From assembly GCF_000196355.1 (NCBI RefSeq), contig NC_007614.1, forward strand, positions 1,560,001 through 1,592,000: a stretch of DNA of 32,000 nucleotides. Reading direction: 5' to 3'. The position numbers and the translations under genes were made by a program. Source of the stretch: Nitrosospira multiformis ATCC 25196. Its GTDB lineage: Bacteria > Pseudomonadota > Gammaproteobacteria > Burkholderiales > Nitrosomonadaceae. How positions within the stretch are numbered: the stretch's first letter is position 1; each line of letters opens with the position of its first letter. Below, in pieces: positions 14,900 to 23,398 of this stretch. The notes beneath the pieces are model-generated. The model was not told the DNA's origin, did no database searches, and saw nothing but the letters and a program-made list of their open reading frames with translations.

Positions 14900-15925
14900 T
14901 CATTTTTTCCCCTTCCGGCGCAGCAGCGTCAATGCGGCATTGGCCTCGAACCGCCCAGCTTCCTCGATGTATCCTTGCACCGTGCCGTCATGTCGCCAGC
15001 CACCTTGCCTTTTGATGTCCTTGAAATTAGCCCCGGATCGATGTGCGCTAGTGGCCAAGCCGCGCCGCAAGCTATGGCTGCTGAGCTCCGGGACGTATGC
15101 TAGATCCGCCGCTTTGGCACACGCCTCCAGAATATCGTTGATACTGCCGTCGCTCAGCGGATTGGTGCCGATGATATTCCAGCGAGTGACGCGCCGGAAC
15201 ACTGCCCCCGAAATGATGTTTGCCGCTTCCAGCCAGCGCTTCAAGGCGCGAACCGGGCAACATATTCCATCCGGACCGCCGTAGGGAATCGCCTTGCTGA
15301 CACCTTCCCCTTCCTGGTCGGTCTTCGAGCGCGCGAGCGTGATCACTAAACCGTCCGTTTCCCAACCCAATTCCTCCACCATCAGCGCGGCCAACTCGCT
15401 GCGGCGCAGCGCGCCGAAAAAGCCGATCTGCAAGAGTGCATTATTCCGTATCGCAATCAGGCTGGTGTCCGGCTCCAGTTTGGCCACGATCGCTTCCAAG
15501 TCCTCAATTGGCAGCGCCTTCGCCTTCTTCTTCGGCTTGCCCTGGGTGCGCGTGATGCCCTTCAAGGTTTTGCGCACGCTCGGGTCGGCGGTCGGGTCCG
15601 GGAACCCCTGGAACGCATGCCATTGCGCTAGCGCCGTCAGTCGCAGCGCCAGCGTGCGCGGGTTCAGGGAGTCGGAATAAGCCAGGAGATACCGCAACAC
15701 TGCCCCTGAATCACAAGGCAGCGCTCCGCCCCAGGCGTAGAAATGCCGGATCGCCGAGCGGTAGGTGCGGCGAGTGTTTTCCGAGGTTGCCGCCGAGATA
15801 AAACGCTGGTGGCGCTCCCGCATTTCGTGTTCGGAAACGAGCGTACCGGCGTTATGTTTTGACAGATTTTCCAACAAAACGACATTTTCCGGCTTCTTTT
15901 CTTCCATACCCTTTTTGTCGCTCAC
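14900..15925 (-). CDS. Tyrosine-type site-specific integrase/recombinase.
   Basis: 341 aa with a SAM-like N-terminal domain ('TRRTYRSAIRHFYAW'). The catalytic set is R in 'GALRRSELAAL', 'HSLRRGLAT' (HxxR), 'GGWRH', and the nucleophile Y in 'VQGYIEE'. Confidence 0.9.
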   Translation of the reverse strand: MSDKKGMEEKKPENVVLLENLSKHNAGTLVSEHEMRERHQRFISAATSENTRRTYRSAIRHFYAWGGALPCDSGAVLRYLLAYSDSLNPRTLALRLTALAQWHAFQGFPDPTADPSVRKTLKGITRTQGKPKKKAKALPIEDLEAIVAKLEPDTSLIAIRNNALLQIGFFGALRRSELAALMVEELGWETDGLVITLARSKTDQEGEGVSKAIPYGGPDGICCPVRALKRWLEAANIISGAVFRRVTRWNIIGTNPLSDGSINDILEACAKAADLAYVPELSSHSLRRGLATSAHRSGANFKDIKRQGGWRHDGTVQGYIEEAGRFEANAALTLLRRKGKK

Positions 15926-15974
15926 TTTCGCGGTTTTTGGCTGCGTTACGCCAAGAGTGATGCAGAATTCATCA

Positions 15975-16085
15975 TTAAGTCACGATAACATAAATTATCG
16001 AAATTATTATTTATAAATTCATGCATATATTTTTAACGTAATTTATCGTAATATTACGTATAACGTATTATATTACTTTATTGAG
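15975..16085. promoter_or_regulatory. AT-rich divergent control region between the integrase and the kfrA-like gene, containing palindromes and repeated ACGTAAT/TTATCG motifs.
   Basis: A perfect 12-bp palindrome CGTAATATTACG lies at 16047-16058, flanked by TAACGTA at 16034-16040 and 16061-16067. An inverted repeat CGATAA-N6-TTATCG lies at 15983-16000, with a further TTATCG at 16043-16048. The tract is visibly much more AT-rich than its flanks. Confidence 0.5.
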
Positions 16086-16094
16086 GAAGACGCC

Positions 16095-17237
16095 ATGGCC
16101 CGTGCCGGTATTCTGTATTCTCATGTCGCCCAAGCCGCCGCCCAACTGATAGGGGCAGGCAAAAATCCCACAGTCGACAGCGTCCGCGAAGCTTTGGGCG
16201 GCACCGGCAGCAAAAGTACCATCGCGCCTTTTCTCAAGCGCTGGAAAGCCGAGCAGCAAGACACCATGGCGGCCGTTGAATCCGGCTTGCCGGCGTCGCT
16301 TCTCCAGGCGGTCACGGGACTGTACGAACATATGCAAGCCGAACTGACGCGCAAGCTCGATCAAGCCAAGCAGCAGCACGCCGAAGAGCTTCGCGCGGCA
16401 GGCGAACGCGAACAGCAGTTCAATGATGAACTGCAGGCCGCTTTGAAGACCAAGGCAAATTTGTCGGAGGATCTCGCTCAAACGCGCCGTGCACTAGCAC
16501 AGTTACAGGAGGCGCATCATGCTCAGAGCCTATCGCTCGCCACCGCTCAGGCGGAGAGTGCCGGCTTCCAACAGCGCTTGGCCGACCGCGCCAGCGAGGT
16601 GACGACGCTAGACCATCAATTGACACAGACACGCGCGCAGTTCGAGCACTATCAGGAAGCGACTGCAACCCGACGCGCTGAAGAACGCCAAGCGTACGAG
16701 CAACGTATCGCTCGCCTCGAACAGGATTTGGACAGCGCAAACCGACAGACCGCTGTACAGCAAAAGACAATCGGCCAGCAGGAAATGCGCATCGCCAATT
16801 TCACCGCCGAGTGTGACCGCCAGGATCAGGCCCTCCATGCGACACAAGAGGAATTGACAGCGGTGCGCTCGGCGCGAGACCGTCTTACCGATCAGGTTCG
16901 GGATCTGATGACAGCGAAAGACAACTTGGTCGCGCGATTGACAGTCGTGCAACAGCAGCTAAGCGACCAGGTTCGGGATCTGATGACAGCGAAAGACGAC
17001 TTGGTCGCGCGATTGACAGCCGTACAACAGCAGCTAAGCGACATGCGGGCAGCGCTGGCAGCGCAAGAACAAGCATCCAGTATGCTGACCGACCAAGTGC
17101 GCCGTGCCGAAGAGCGCGCCGATCATTTGGCGCAGGAAAAGCACACCTGGCTACAGGACCGCGGCGCGCTCGAACAGCGTTTGTTGTCGGCCGAACAGAA
17201 ATTGGTCGCTCTTACCGGTTCAGCCACCACAGCGTAA
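16095..17237 (+). CDS. KfrA_N-domain DNA-binding protein with a long coiled-coil tail.
   Basis: 380 aa. The N-terminus 'VAQAAAQLIGAGKNPTVDSVREALGGTGSKSTIAPFLKRWKAEQ' matches the KfrA N-terminal DNA-binding domain. The remainder is Q/A/E/L/R-rich coiled coil. An SD GAGGAAG precedes the ATG. Confidence 0.85.
   Translation: MARAGILYSHVAQAAAQLIGAGKNPTVDSVREALGGTGSKSTIAPFLKRWKAEQQDTMAAVESGLPASLLQAVTGLYEHMQAELTRKLDQAKQQHAEELRAAGEREQQFNDELQAALKTKANLSEDLAQTRRALAQLQEAHHAQSLSLATAQAESAGFQQRLADRASEVTTLDHQLTQTRAQFEHYQEATATRRAEERQAYEQRIARLEQDLDSANRQTAVQQKTIGQQEMRIANFTAECDRQDQALHATQEELTAVRSARDRLTDQVRDLMTAKDNLVARLTVVQQQLSDQVRDLMTAKDDLVARLTAVQQQLSDMRAALAAQEQASSMLTDQVRRAEERADHLAQEKHTWLQDRGALEQRLLSAEQKLVALTGSATTA
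16890..17039 (+). repeat. In-frame tandem duplication, 2 x 75 bp (25 aa each), inside the kfrA-like coiled coil.
   Basis: Copy 1 (16890-16964) and copy 2 (16965-17039) differ at 4 of 75 positions. They encode 'DQVRDLMTAKDNLVARLTVVQQQLS' and 'DQVRDLMTAKDDLVARLTAVQQQLS'. Confidence 0.95.
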
Positions 17238-17683
17238 AGTCGGCAAGATCGGCATGACGGGAATGCGCCCATACCAAATTGGCCCCGACATTCGGTGAGC
17301 CATTCTGTTCGCGCAAGATCAAGGCTGCATGAATATTGTCCGGAATGCGACGCAAGTAAGGCAGAAAGTCATCGACGAACACCACCGGCTGCAATTCCCG
17401 TAGCGCCGCTGCCTTGGGGCTATCGTCGATTTCCGCATTATCCGTTGCGATCATGCGCTCGATCGGAAAGCCGCAATGTCGCAGATTCTGTAGACGTGCT
17501 TCGGCATCTTGCGCCTCGATCGCGCTCACGCACACCAGTTCGTACCCAGCGTGAACAGGTCGCAGCATGCGTCGACGGCGCGGAGATGGCTGGAATCGTC
17601 GACCAGTAATGATGGTCGAAGTAAGCGCGAAATTGCGCCAACTCGTCGCCGTCAAGCCGGCGTATTTTCCAGCGGCGGGTGCG
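17212..17683 (-). pseudogene. HAD-superfamily (NT5C/5'-nucleotidase-like) hydrolase, N-terminally truncated and frameshifted.
   Basis: A sensible sequence is obtained only by joining three frames: 'LDGDELAQFRAYFDHHYWSTIPAIS' / 'AVDACCDLFTLG' / 'YELVCVSAIEAQDAEARLQNLRHCGFPIE...VVFVDDFLPYL...'. The 5' frame is closed by a TGA at 17684-17686, right at the IS630 remnant junction. The DxD nucleophile motif is missing. Confidence 0.55.
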
Positions 17684-17942
17684 TCACAGCAAGCCGGTAA
17701 AAAAATGGGCTGACGAACACAAGGAAAAAATTACGCTGTTCTACCTGCCCGGTTACAGCCCGGAACAAAATCCGGAAGAATGGCTCAATGCCGATTTGAA
17801 GCACGCTATCTGCTCAAGAGTACCGGTGCGTACCAAAGCCAAACTCAAGGAAGCTATCACAAAACATGTGCTGATATTGGAGCAGTCCCCTGAGCGGGTG
17901 AAGAGATATTTTCAGGATCCTTGCCTCAAATATACAGAATGA
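17679..17942 (+). mobile_element. IS630-family transposase remnant (C-terminal ~87 aa only).
   Basis: 'ITLFYLPGYSPEQNPEEWLNADLKH' matches the conserved IS630/Tc1-mariner 'YSPxLNPxE' region carrying the last catalytic acidic residue. The N-terminal ~250 aa are absent. Confidence 0.8.
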
Positions 17943-17967
17943 ATATGCAGTATGAAAACTTCAAACT

Positions 17968-18201
17968 TCACGTGGCCGGATCAATAGTATAAAAATATAC
18001 ACTACTAGTGAGGTGAGGCTCAGCAAAGGCTATGAGAAAAGCTCCAGCTTTTGTCTTTTGAGACCTGATGCACTGCATAACCCGTAATTCGATCTCGCGA
18101 TTACCGAGCAGTAATCCAGGGCTGTAGGTTGATTGCGATATTCCGCGGAAGGATGGGAAGGATATCAAGGATTGTTCATGATCTATTCCAGAAGCAGTCA
18201 T
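17968..18201 (-). CDS. Hypothetical 77-aa protein. It occupies the position PilZ takes in related synteny, but no PilZ motifs are recognisable.
   Basis: This is only an ORF, lying in a low-GC stretch immediately downstream of holB. No clear SD or family signature was found. Confidence 0.3.
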   Translation of the reverse strand: MTASGIDHEQSLISFPSFRGISQSTYSPGLLLGNREIELRVMQCIRSQKTKAGAFLIAFAEPHLTSSVYFYTIDPAT

Positions 18202-18234
18202 GGCAAACTTCTGTCTTCTGTCAGATACTTTCTG

Positions 18235-19341
18235 TCAGCCGGCCTTGCTCCGATTCCTGGATTTCTCGGATAACATCGTCACATAGGAAAACAGCAGTTC
18301 TTCCAGAAATAATCTTGGATTGAGCGGATGGCGGGCAAGCTGCTGCGTTTTATCCAGGGCGCGCAAATAAGTTGCCATTGAATACGGATCAAGCCCGGAT
18401 GCCAGGGGTTTTATTTGCGCGAGCATGTCCGGATGATAGCGGACCTTCTGCGCCATACGAAAACTCATCAGATCGTAGCACCACTTTTGCAGCCAGCTGA
18501 CCACCATGACAAGGTCCGATTTCTGCATTTCCTCTGCCCGTGCCAGCACGTCGAAACCTGATGGAGTGCTGATTTGCTGGATGAAAGCGCTGTGCCGCAC
18601 AAGATAATCTTCATTCGCGAATTCCAGTGCGGTCAGGGGAGCATAGCCAGCCGAGGCCAGGCATCTTTCGGGGGCTTTGACACCCTGCTGTTTTAACCAC
18701 AGTGCTGCGGAGGCTGCATCGGGGGCGGGCATGATGATCTGGCGGCAACGGCTGCGGATCGTCGGCAATAAATACTGTGCCTGATGCGTTATCAGTATGA
18801 ACAACGTTTGGAGCGGCGGTTCTTCCAGATTCTTCAGAAGGGCACTGGCAGCAGCCGTACTCATGGTTTCCGCCGGATGGATCAGGATGATCTTATAGCC
18901 GTTCTGATGGCTGGTGATATTGACGAAGTCGCCTAGCTCCCGTATTTGCGAGATACTTATCTGTCTGCTGGGTTTTTTTGTGGACTTGCCACTGCCGCTG
19001 AGCTGATTCACTGCCCGGGGAAGAGATTGAACTTCTGCCTCATCTCCGGTTTCCACACCCTCCTCCCCGGCTCCTTCCCCCGAGACAGACGTTGCCGTGG
19101 CCGCTTCGGGCTCGACAAGGCAGAAATCGGGGTGATTGCCTTGCTCAAACCAGTGGCAGCTCGCACAGACCTCGCACGCCTTTCCTTCGACGGAGCGATT
19201 TTCACAGAGTCTGGACTTCGCCAGATAGCGGGCAAATGCAAGCTTGCCCAGTCCCTTTCTGCCTCGTAACAGCAGGGCGTGCCCCAACGCGCCCGTAAGT
19301 TTCCGCCAGACTTCTTCCTGCCATCCATAAATATTACTCAT
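18235..19341 (-). CDS. holB: DNA polymerase III subunit delta'.
   Basis: 368 aa with '[28 protein letters not shown]', the zinc module '[18 protein letters not shown]', and '[22 protein letters not shown]' (sensor/SRC motif). Its ATG overlaps the tmk stop (ATGA at 19338-19341). Confidence 0.93.
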   Translation of the reverse strand: MSNIYGWQEEVWRKLTGALGHALLLRGRKGLGKLAFARYLAKSRLCENRSVEGKACEVCASCHWFEQGNHPDFCLVEPEAATATSVSGEGAGEEGVETGDEAEVQSLPRAVNQLSGSGKSTKKPSRQISISQIRELGDFVNITSHQNGYKIILIHPAETMSTAAASALLKNLEEPPLQTLFILITHQAQYLLPTIRSRCRQIIMPAPDAASAALWLKQQGVKAPERCLASAGYAPLTALEFANEDYLVRHSAFIQQISTPSGFDVLARAEEMQKSDLVMVVSWLQKWCYDLMSFRMAQKVRYHPDMLAQIKPLASGLDPYSMATYLRALDKTQQLARHPLNPRLFLEELLFSYVTMLSEKSRNRSKAG

Positions 19342-19955
19342 GCGTAAATCGTTGCAATACTTTTTTCAACTGACCGCCTGACATCTTCCAGGGACTGGTT
19401 GGCATCTATCACCCGTATTCTTTCAGGGAATTCTTTTGCCCGCTCCAGATACGCTTCTCGTACTCTCCGGAAAAATTCATCCTGTTCTTTTTCAAACCGG
19501 TCTGCCTGCCTGATGTTGCTGGTTCGCTGCCTTCCCGATGCGATAGACACATCGAGATAAAGGGTAACATCCGGCTGAAACTCTCCCTGCACCCAGCATT
19601 CGAGTTCATTCAATTTCTGCAGGGATAATCCCCTTCCGCCACCCTGATAGGCAAAGCTGGCATCGGTGAAACGGTCCGATATTACCCACTCGCCACGGCT
19701 CAAGGCAGGCAGGATGACCTTGTCCAGATGTTCGCGCCGTGCTGCGAACATCAGCAGCGCCTCGGTTTCCGCATGCATTGTTTGCCGGCTGTCCAGCAGG
19801 ATGTCGCGCAATGCTTCCCCCAAGGGAGTGCCGCCGGGTTCCCGCGTGACCATCACATTTTTTCCTCTTTCCTTCAGGAAATACTCCAGCCACCGGAGAT
19901 GCGTCGTCTTACCCGCACCGTCAATGCCTTCCAGAGTGATGAATTTGCCCCTCAT
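19338..19955 (-). CDS. tmk: dTMP (thymidylate) kinase.
   Basis: 205 aa with the P-loop '[13 protein letters not shown]', 'DRF..S..AYQG' and a LID region. Confidence 0.95.
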   Translation of the reverse strand: MRGKFITLEGIDGAGKTTHLRWLEYFLKERGKNVMVTREPGGTPLGEALRDILLDSRQTMHAETEALLMFAARREHLDKVILPALSRGEWVISDRFTDASFAYQGGGRGLSLQKLNELECWVQGEFQPDVTLYLDVSIASGRQRTSNIRQADRFEKEQDEFFRRVREAYLERAKEFPERIRVIDANQSLEDVRRSVEKSIATIYA

Positions 19956-20215
19956 ATTTGATGTCGTTCCTGAAAATTACCATATTGGCAATGCCATTGG
20001 CTCGTAAGCCGGAAAGAAGCATACCGGACAGAGTCTGCGTCAAGGCGAGTTTAACTTATACTTATGGAAGGGAGTAGTTACCCTGTTTGGCCGGGCTGGA
20101 AAAAAGAAACCATACGCTGAACATGCCGGATATGGGTAAGCGTTATACTGTTTCGCAGGATGTACAAAACACACACAGAAAACGCAAATACAAAAGGCGA
20201 TCAGGAGTTCATTTC

Positions 20216-20962
20216 ATGACTGATGATACAGGAAGCTTATTCGCACGCTGGGCACTTTTATTTGCATTGATGCCCGGCATCTTGATTCCAGGTGTTTCCA
20301 GCGCTGCTGCCCAGCCGGCGGAACGAAATCGGCAGGACAGACCGGCACCGGACACGACTGAGTCTGCTTCGCTTCCGCGGGGGCAGCCATTGACTGAATT
20401 CGAGAAGATGCAATTGCATCATCGGCGTTATAGTGCTGCTGCAAATAACATGGCGCATTTGTTCAAGCTGTTGAATCAAAAAATCCAGGAAGTATCTCTG
20501 GCAGCAAAGACCGTCGAAGCCAAGGACAATTCCCATAACAGGCGCCAGCTGGAAATCCGGTTACAGCAACTGGAAAGTGCCCGCGTGGCCTATGGCGTTC
20601 AATATTTGCAACTGCAAGCACAGATGCAGAACGAATATCGCAATTATGCTGCCCTCAGCAACGATCTGAAGGCAAAGCATGACGGGCCCGCAAGGAGCCG
20701 GGGAGAGAGTGCCGGAGATACCGGCAGTGCGAAGGCGAAACCCGGCGTGAGTAAATCGGCTAAAGCCAAGAGTATGGAAGATAAGGATACAGGGAGTGAT
20801 GCAAAGGCAAAAGAATCGCCAATCGAGGAGCAGTTTGCCACCGATTCACCTGCAAGGGATCCGCGCATCCTGGATCTGGATACCAAGGAAGTCAGAGCCA
20901 GGCGCGAAGGGCGCTCGACCGAATCTTCAGGGAGTTCCTTGCCCGCTCCGGGACAGCCATGA
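20216..20962 (+). CDS. Secreted hypothetical protein with a coiled-coil core and a K/A/S/D-rich tail.
   Basis: The track ORF starts at 20087. I prefer the ATG at 20216 (AGGAG at 20203-20207, 8-nt spacer), which gives the signal-peptide-like 'MTDDTGSLFARWALLFALMPGILIPGVSSAAA'. No family was recognised. Confidence 0.6.
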   Translation: MTDDTGSLFARWALLFALMPGILIPGVSSAAAQPAERNRQDRPAPDTTESASLPRGQPLTEFEKMQLHHRRYSAAANNMAHLFKLLNQKIQEVSLAAKTVEAKDNSHNRRQLEIRLQQLESARVAYGVQYLQLQAQMQNEYRNYAALSNDLKAKHDGPARSRGESAGDTGSAKAKPGVSKSAKAKSMEDKDTGSDAKAKESPIEEQFATDSPARDPRILDLDTKEVRARREGRSTESSGSSLPAPGQP

Positions 20963-21008
20963 GCGGGACGGTTGTGCAACGGCCTGCTCATCGCTTGTCC
21001 CATACACT

Positions 21009-21536
21009 TCAAGGGGCTGCTGTCCTGGGCACTCCTCCAAGCGCTTCCTTTAACCGCTGCTCCTGGTCTCGTGAGAGATTGGTGCTCAAAACCTTGCCCT
21101 TGAACTCGGCGAGTTCAGCCAGGATTTTTTCCGGATCCACTTTTCGCACCAGGATGAAGAGCGCTGACGAATTAAGGGGGACGGTTTCACCTAATGACTT
21201 GATGAAATCATCCGGAATACCATAATCCGTAAGAGAACCGGACAGCGCTCCCGCACCTGCTCCAATCATGCTTCCGATGAGTAACCCGGCTATCGGGTTA
21301 AGGAAAAGCATTCCGACAAAAGTCCCCAGAAGCCCGCCGGACAGCAGACCGGCAGACGTATCATAGTGGGTAAGATTTATACTTTGCTTGAGGTTTATCT
21401 CACCCTGTTCGTCACGAACGACGACCACAGCATCCTCAAGATCAATCAGATGCTGTCTTTTCAGCGACCTGAGCCGCCACAGAACTTCCTCTGCTTTTTG
21501 CGGGTTTTCAAATCCTATTACCACCAGATCCGACAT
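21009..21536 (-). CDS. DUF1269-domain membrane protein.
   Basis: 'MSDLVVIGFENPQKAEEVLWRLRSLKRQHLIDLEDAVVVVRDEQGEINLKQ' followed by a glycine-zipper TM segment is the typical DUF1269 pattern. I prefer the ATG at 21536, preceded by AGGAGG, over the track start at 21557. Confidence 0.85.
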   Translation of the reverse strand: MSDLVVIGFENPQKAEEVLWRLRSLKRQHLIDLEDAVVVVRDEQGEINLKQSINLTHYDTSAGLLSGGLLGTFVGMLFLNPIAGLLIGSMIGAGAGALSGSLTDYGIPDDFIKSLGETVPLNSSALFILVRKVDPEKILAELAEFKGKVLSTNLSRDQEQRLKEALGGVPRTAAP

Positions 21537-21953
21537 GGTGCCTCCTTTCAATCGCATTTGTATACTTACTACCTATGATACTGCATGGACCGCTTGGTTT
21601 CCCAGGTATCAAGCAAGTCGTGATCGTAAAGAATTTCTCCAGATTCTTCTTCCCCGTCCTGACAGAATTCCAGATTGGCGGCATGAGCCGGTGCTGAAGA
21701 TGCCAAAAAAACAGGCTGAAATTTAACGAATTCTTTATATAATTAAAACAGTTTCATCACACGACTTGTGTTAAATCGAATTGAGTCCCAGAAAATGATA
21801 GATCTGTGGCGGTGAGTTTATGTATTGTTGTATCCGACTCGCCGGGCCACTTCTATTCCGAAGAGGAACAGGAGACAGATAAGGGGCAAAGAGGGACAGA
21901 AGCTGACTGCGTGGCACTGAAATTCTTTCTATTAATATTTTAGGGGAAATATC

Positions 21954-23093
21954 ATGCGACAGATTCGATCCTATTTGCCTTCACTTGCAGCAACAGCAGG
22001 CGTCATGGCGTCCCTGCTGGCCATTCCTGCCGGGGCGGTTACATTCACACCCACCAATCTTGTGACTGATGATCCGCTTGCTCATGCCGCCCAGATTACC
22101 GATACCGGTCTCAAGAATGCATGGGGAATGTCCTATGCTCCTGGCGGCCCCTTCTGGGTCTCTTCCACTGATGGCGGAACAGTCCGTCTGTATGGTGTGA
22201 ATCCAGCAACACAAGCCGCCGTCCAGCGACCCTTGACTGTTTCCATCCCGGGTGAGGGTAGCGTGACGGGGCAGGTATTCAACAGTACATCATCATTTGG
22301 GGACAATCGCTTTCTGTTCGTAAGCGAAGATGGCACAGTTTCAGGCTGGCGCCCCACCCTGGGTACGACGGGTTTGATACCGGCAGAGACATTGGTGCCG
22401 GCATCTCCGAACAACAGCTATAAAGGTGCAGCTATCGGCAACACCGGGGGGCACGATTATCTTTACGCGGCCAACTTCAAAGCGGGGACAGTGGATGTTC
22501 ACAAGGGAGATGCGGGGGCGCCCTCACTGTCCGGTTCGTTTACCGATCCCGGTCTTCCCAGTGGATACGCCCCTTTCAATGTCCAGAATCTCAACGGATC
22601 GCTGTATGTGACCTATGCCCTGCAGAATGCAGCCAGGGATGACGAAGTAGCCGGGGCGGGACTGGGTTTTGTCGACCAATACACGTTGAACGGCGATTTC
22701 GTTGCGCGGGTTGCATCCGGCGGAACCTTGAATGCACCATGGGGATTGGCTGTAGCGCCTTCTTCGTTTGGTTCTGCTGCCGGTGATCTCCTGGTAGGGA
22801 ATTTCGGTGATGGCCATATCAATATCTACGACCCCAATACGCATACTTTTCTGGGCCAGGTGCTCGATGCCAACAATCATCCCGTAGTGATTGACGGGTT
22901 GTGGTCCATTTCACCGGGCAACGATACCCTCGCAGGCAGCAGTCATCTGCTGTACTTCACGGCGGGACCGGACGACGAAGCCCATGGTTTGGTTGGTGTC
23001 CTCACACCCGTCCCCGAGCCTTCCGCTTACGCAATGATGCTGGCGGGAATGGGTGCATTGATGCTGCTGATCAGGCGCCGCACACCGGGATGA
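21954..23093 (+). CDS. TIGR03118-family beta-propeller protein with a C-terminal PEP-CTERM sorting signal.
   Basis: 379 aa with a signal peptide. Family-typical motifs: 'NLVTDDP...LKNAWGMSYAPGGPFWVS', 'YAPFNVQNLNGSLYVTYA', 'LNAPWGLAVAPSSFG...LLVGNFGDGHINIYD', 'IDGLWSISPGN'. The C-terminus 'VPEPSAYAMMLAGMGALMLLIRRR' is PEP-CTERM (motif, TM helix, basic tail). Confidence 0.88.
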   Translation: MRQIRSYLPSLAATAGVMASLLAIPAGAVTFTPTNLVTDDPLAHAAQITDTGLKNAWGMSYAPGGPFWVSSTDGGTVRLYGVNPATQAAVQRPLTVSIPGEGSVTGQVFNSTSSFGDNRFLFVSEDGTVSGWRPTLGTTGLIPAETLVPASPNNSYKGAAIGNTGGHDYLYAANFKAGTVDVHKGDAGAPSLSGSFTDPGLPSGYAPFNVQNLNGSLYVTYALQNAARDDEVAGAGLGFVDQYTLNGDFVARVASGGTLNAPWGLAVAPSSFGSAAGDLLVGNFGDGHINIYDPNTHTFLGQVLDANNHPVVIDGLWSISPGNDTLAGSSHLLYFTAGPDDEAHGLVGVLTPVPEPSAYAMMLAGMGALMLLIRRRTPG

Positions 23094-23218
23094 CGTTTTA
23101 ATGAATGGAGGGATCACGGCGCCTCAATTTCATACACTTTATTCTTGACTTTATTTGTAACAGTTTTATCATATAAGCCGTTGGACAAGTGATCCCTCCT
23201 TTGTAAGTGGAAACTTTA

Positions 23219-23251
23219 AACCCGAAGTCGATAACGTCTTCGGGTTTTTTT
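23219..23251 (+). terminator. Rho-independent terminator downstream of the PEP-CTERM gene.
   Basis: A perfect 9-bp stem, AACCCGAAG (23219-23227) with CTTCGGGTT (23238-23246), closes a 10-nt loop and is followed by a T7 run through 23251. Confidence 0.75.
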
Positions 23252-23398
23252 ATACTCCGGAAGTTGATCTGTTCCGGTCAATTTGCCCCTGCTGGCCATG
23301 GACTCCCCGGAATGCGGGAGACCGATACCTTTTTACGAGATCCTTGCTCCTTTTCAGAAATCCTGGATAGCAATAATTCAATGCTTGGCTTGGGTTTG

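Larger units (their letters stand above)
14900..17942. mobile_element. Decayed integrative element: tyrosine integrase, KfrA_N DNA-binding protein, frameshifted HAD/NT5C-like gene and an IS630 transposase remnant. Exact ends are undefined.
   Basis: The gene content is typical of mobile DNA. The block sits between tatD and holB-tmk, which are normally near-contiguous. Two of its four genes are degenerate. No att direct repeats or tRNA could be identified by eye. Confidence 0.6.

Noticed and set aside
16068-16952. Minus-strand ORFs 16068..16481, 16420..16770 and 16608..16952, overlapping the kfrA-like gene.
   Set aside because: They are antisense to a 380-aa ORF with a clear KfrA_N domain and an SD. 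Their products are low-complexity, Arg/Ser/Cys-rich.
17968-18201. Calling the 77-aa ORF downstream of holB a PilZ protein on synteny grounds.
   Set aside because: No alignment to PilZ sequences I remember (such as '...YMPF..GGLFIPT...LGDEVF...') could be made. It is kept only as a low-confidence hypothetical ORF.
20087-20215. The upstream extension of the secreted-protein ORF (track start 20087).
   Set aside because: The extension is highly basic with no SD. The internal ATG at 20216 has AGGAG at an 8-nt spacing and exposes a signal peptide at the N-terminus.
21912-21927. A sigma-54 promoter upstream of the PEP-CTERM gene (TGGCAC at 21912-21917).
   Set aside because: The -12 position reads TTCT instead of TTGC, so the invariant GC is missing. 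Only half the motif is present.
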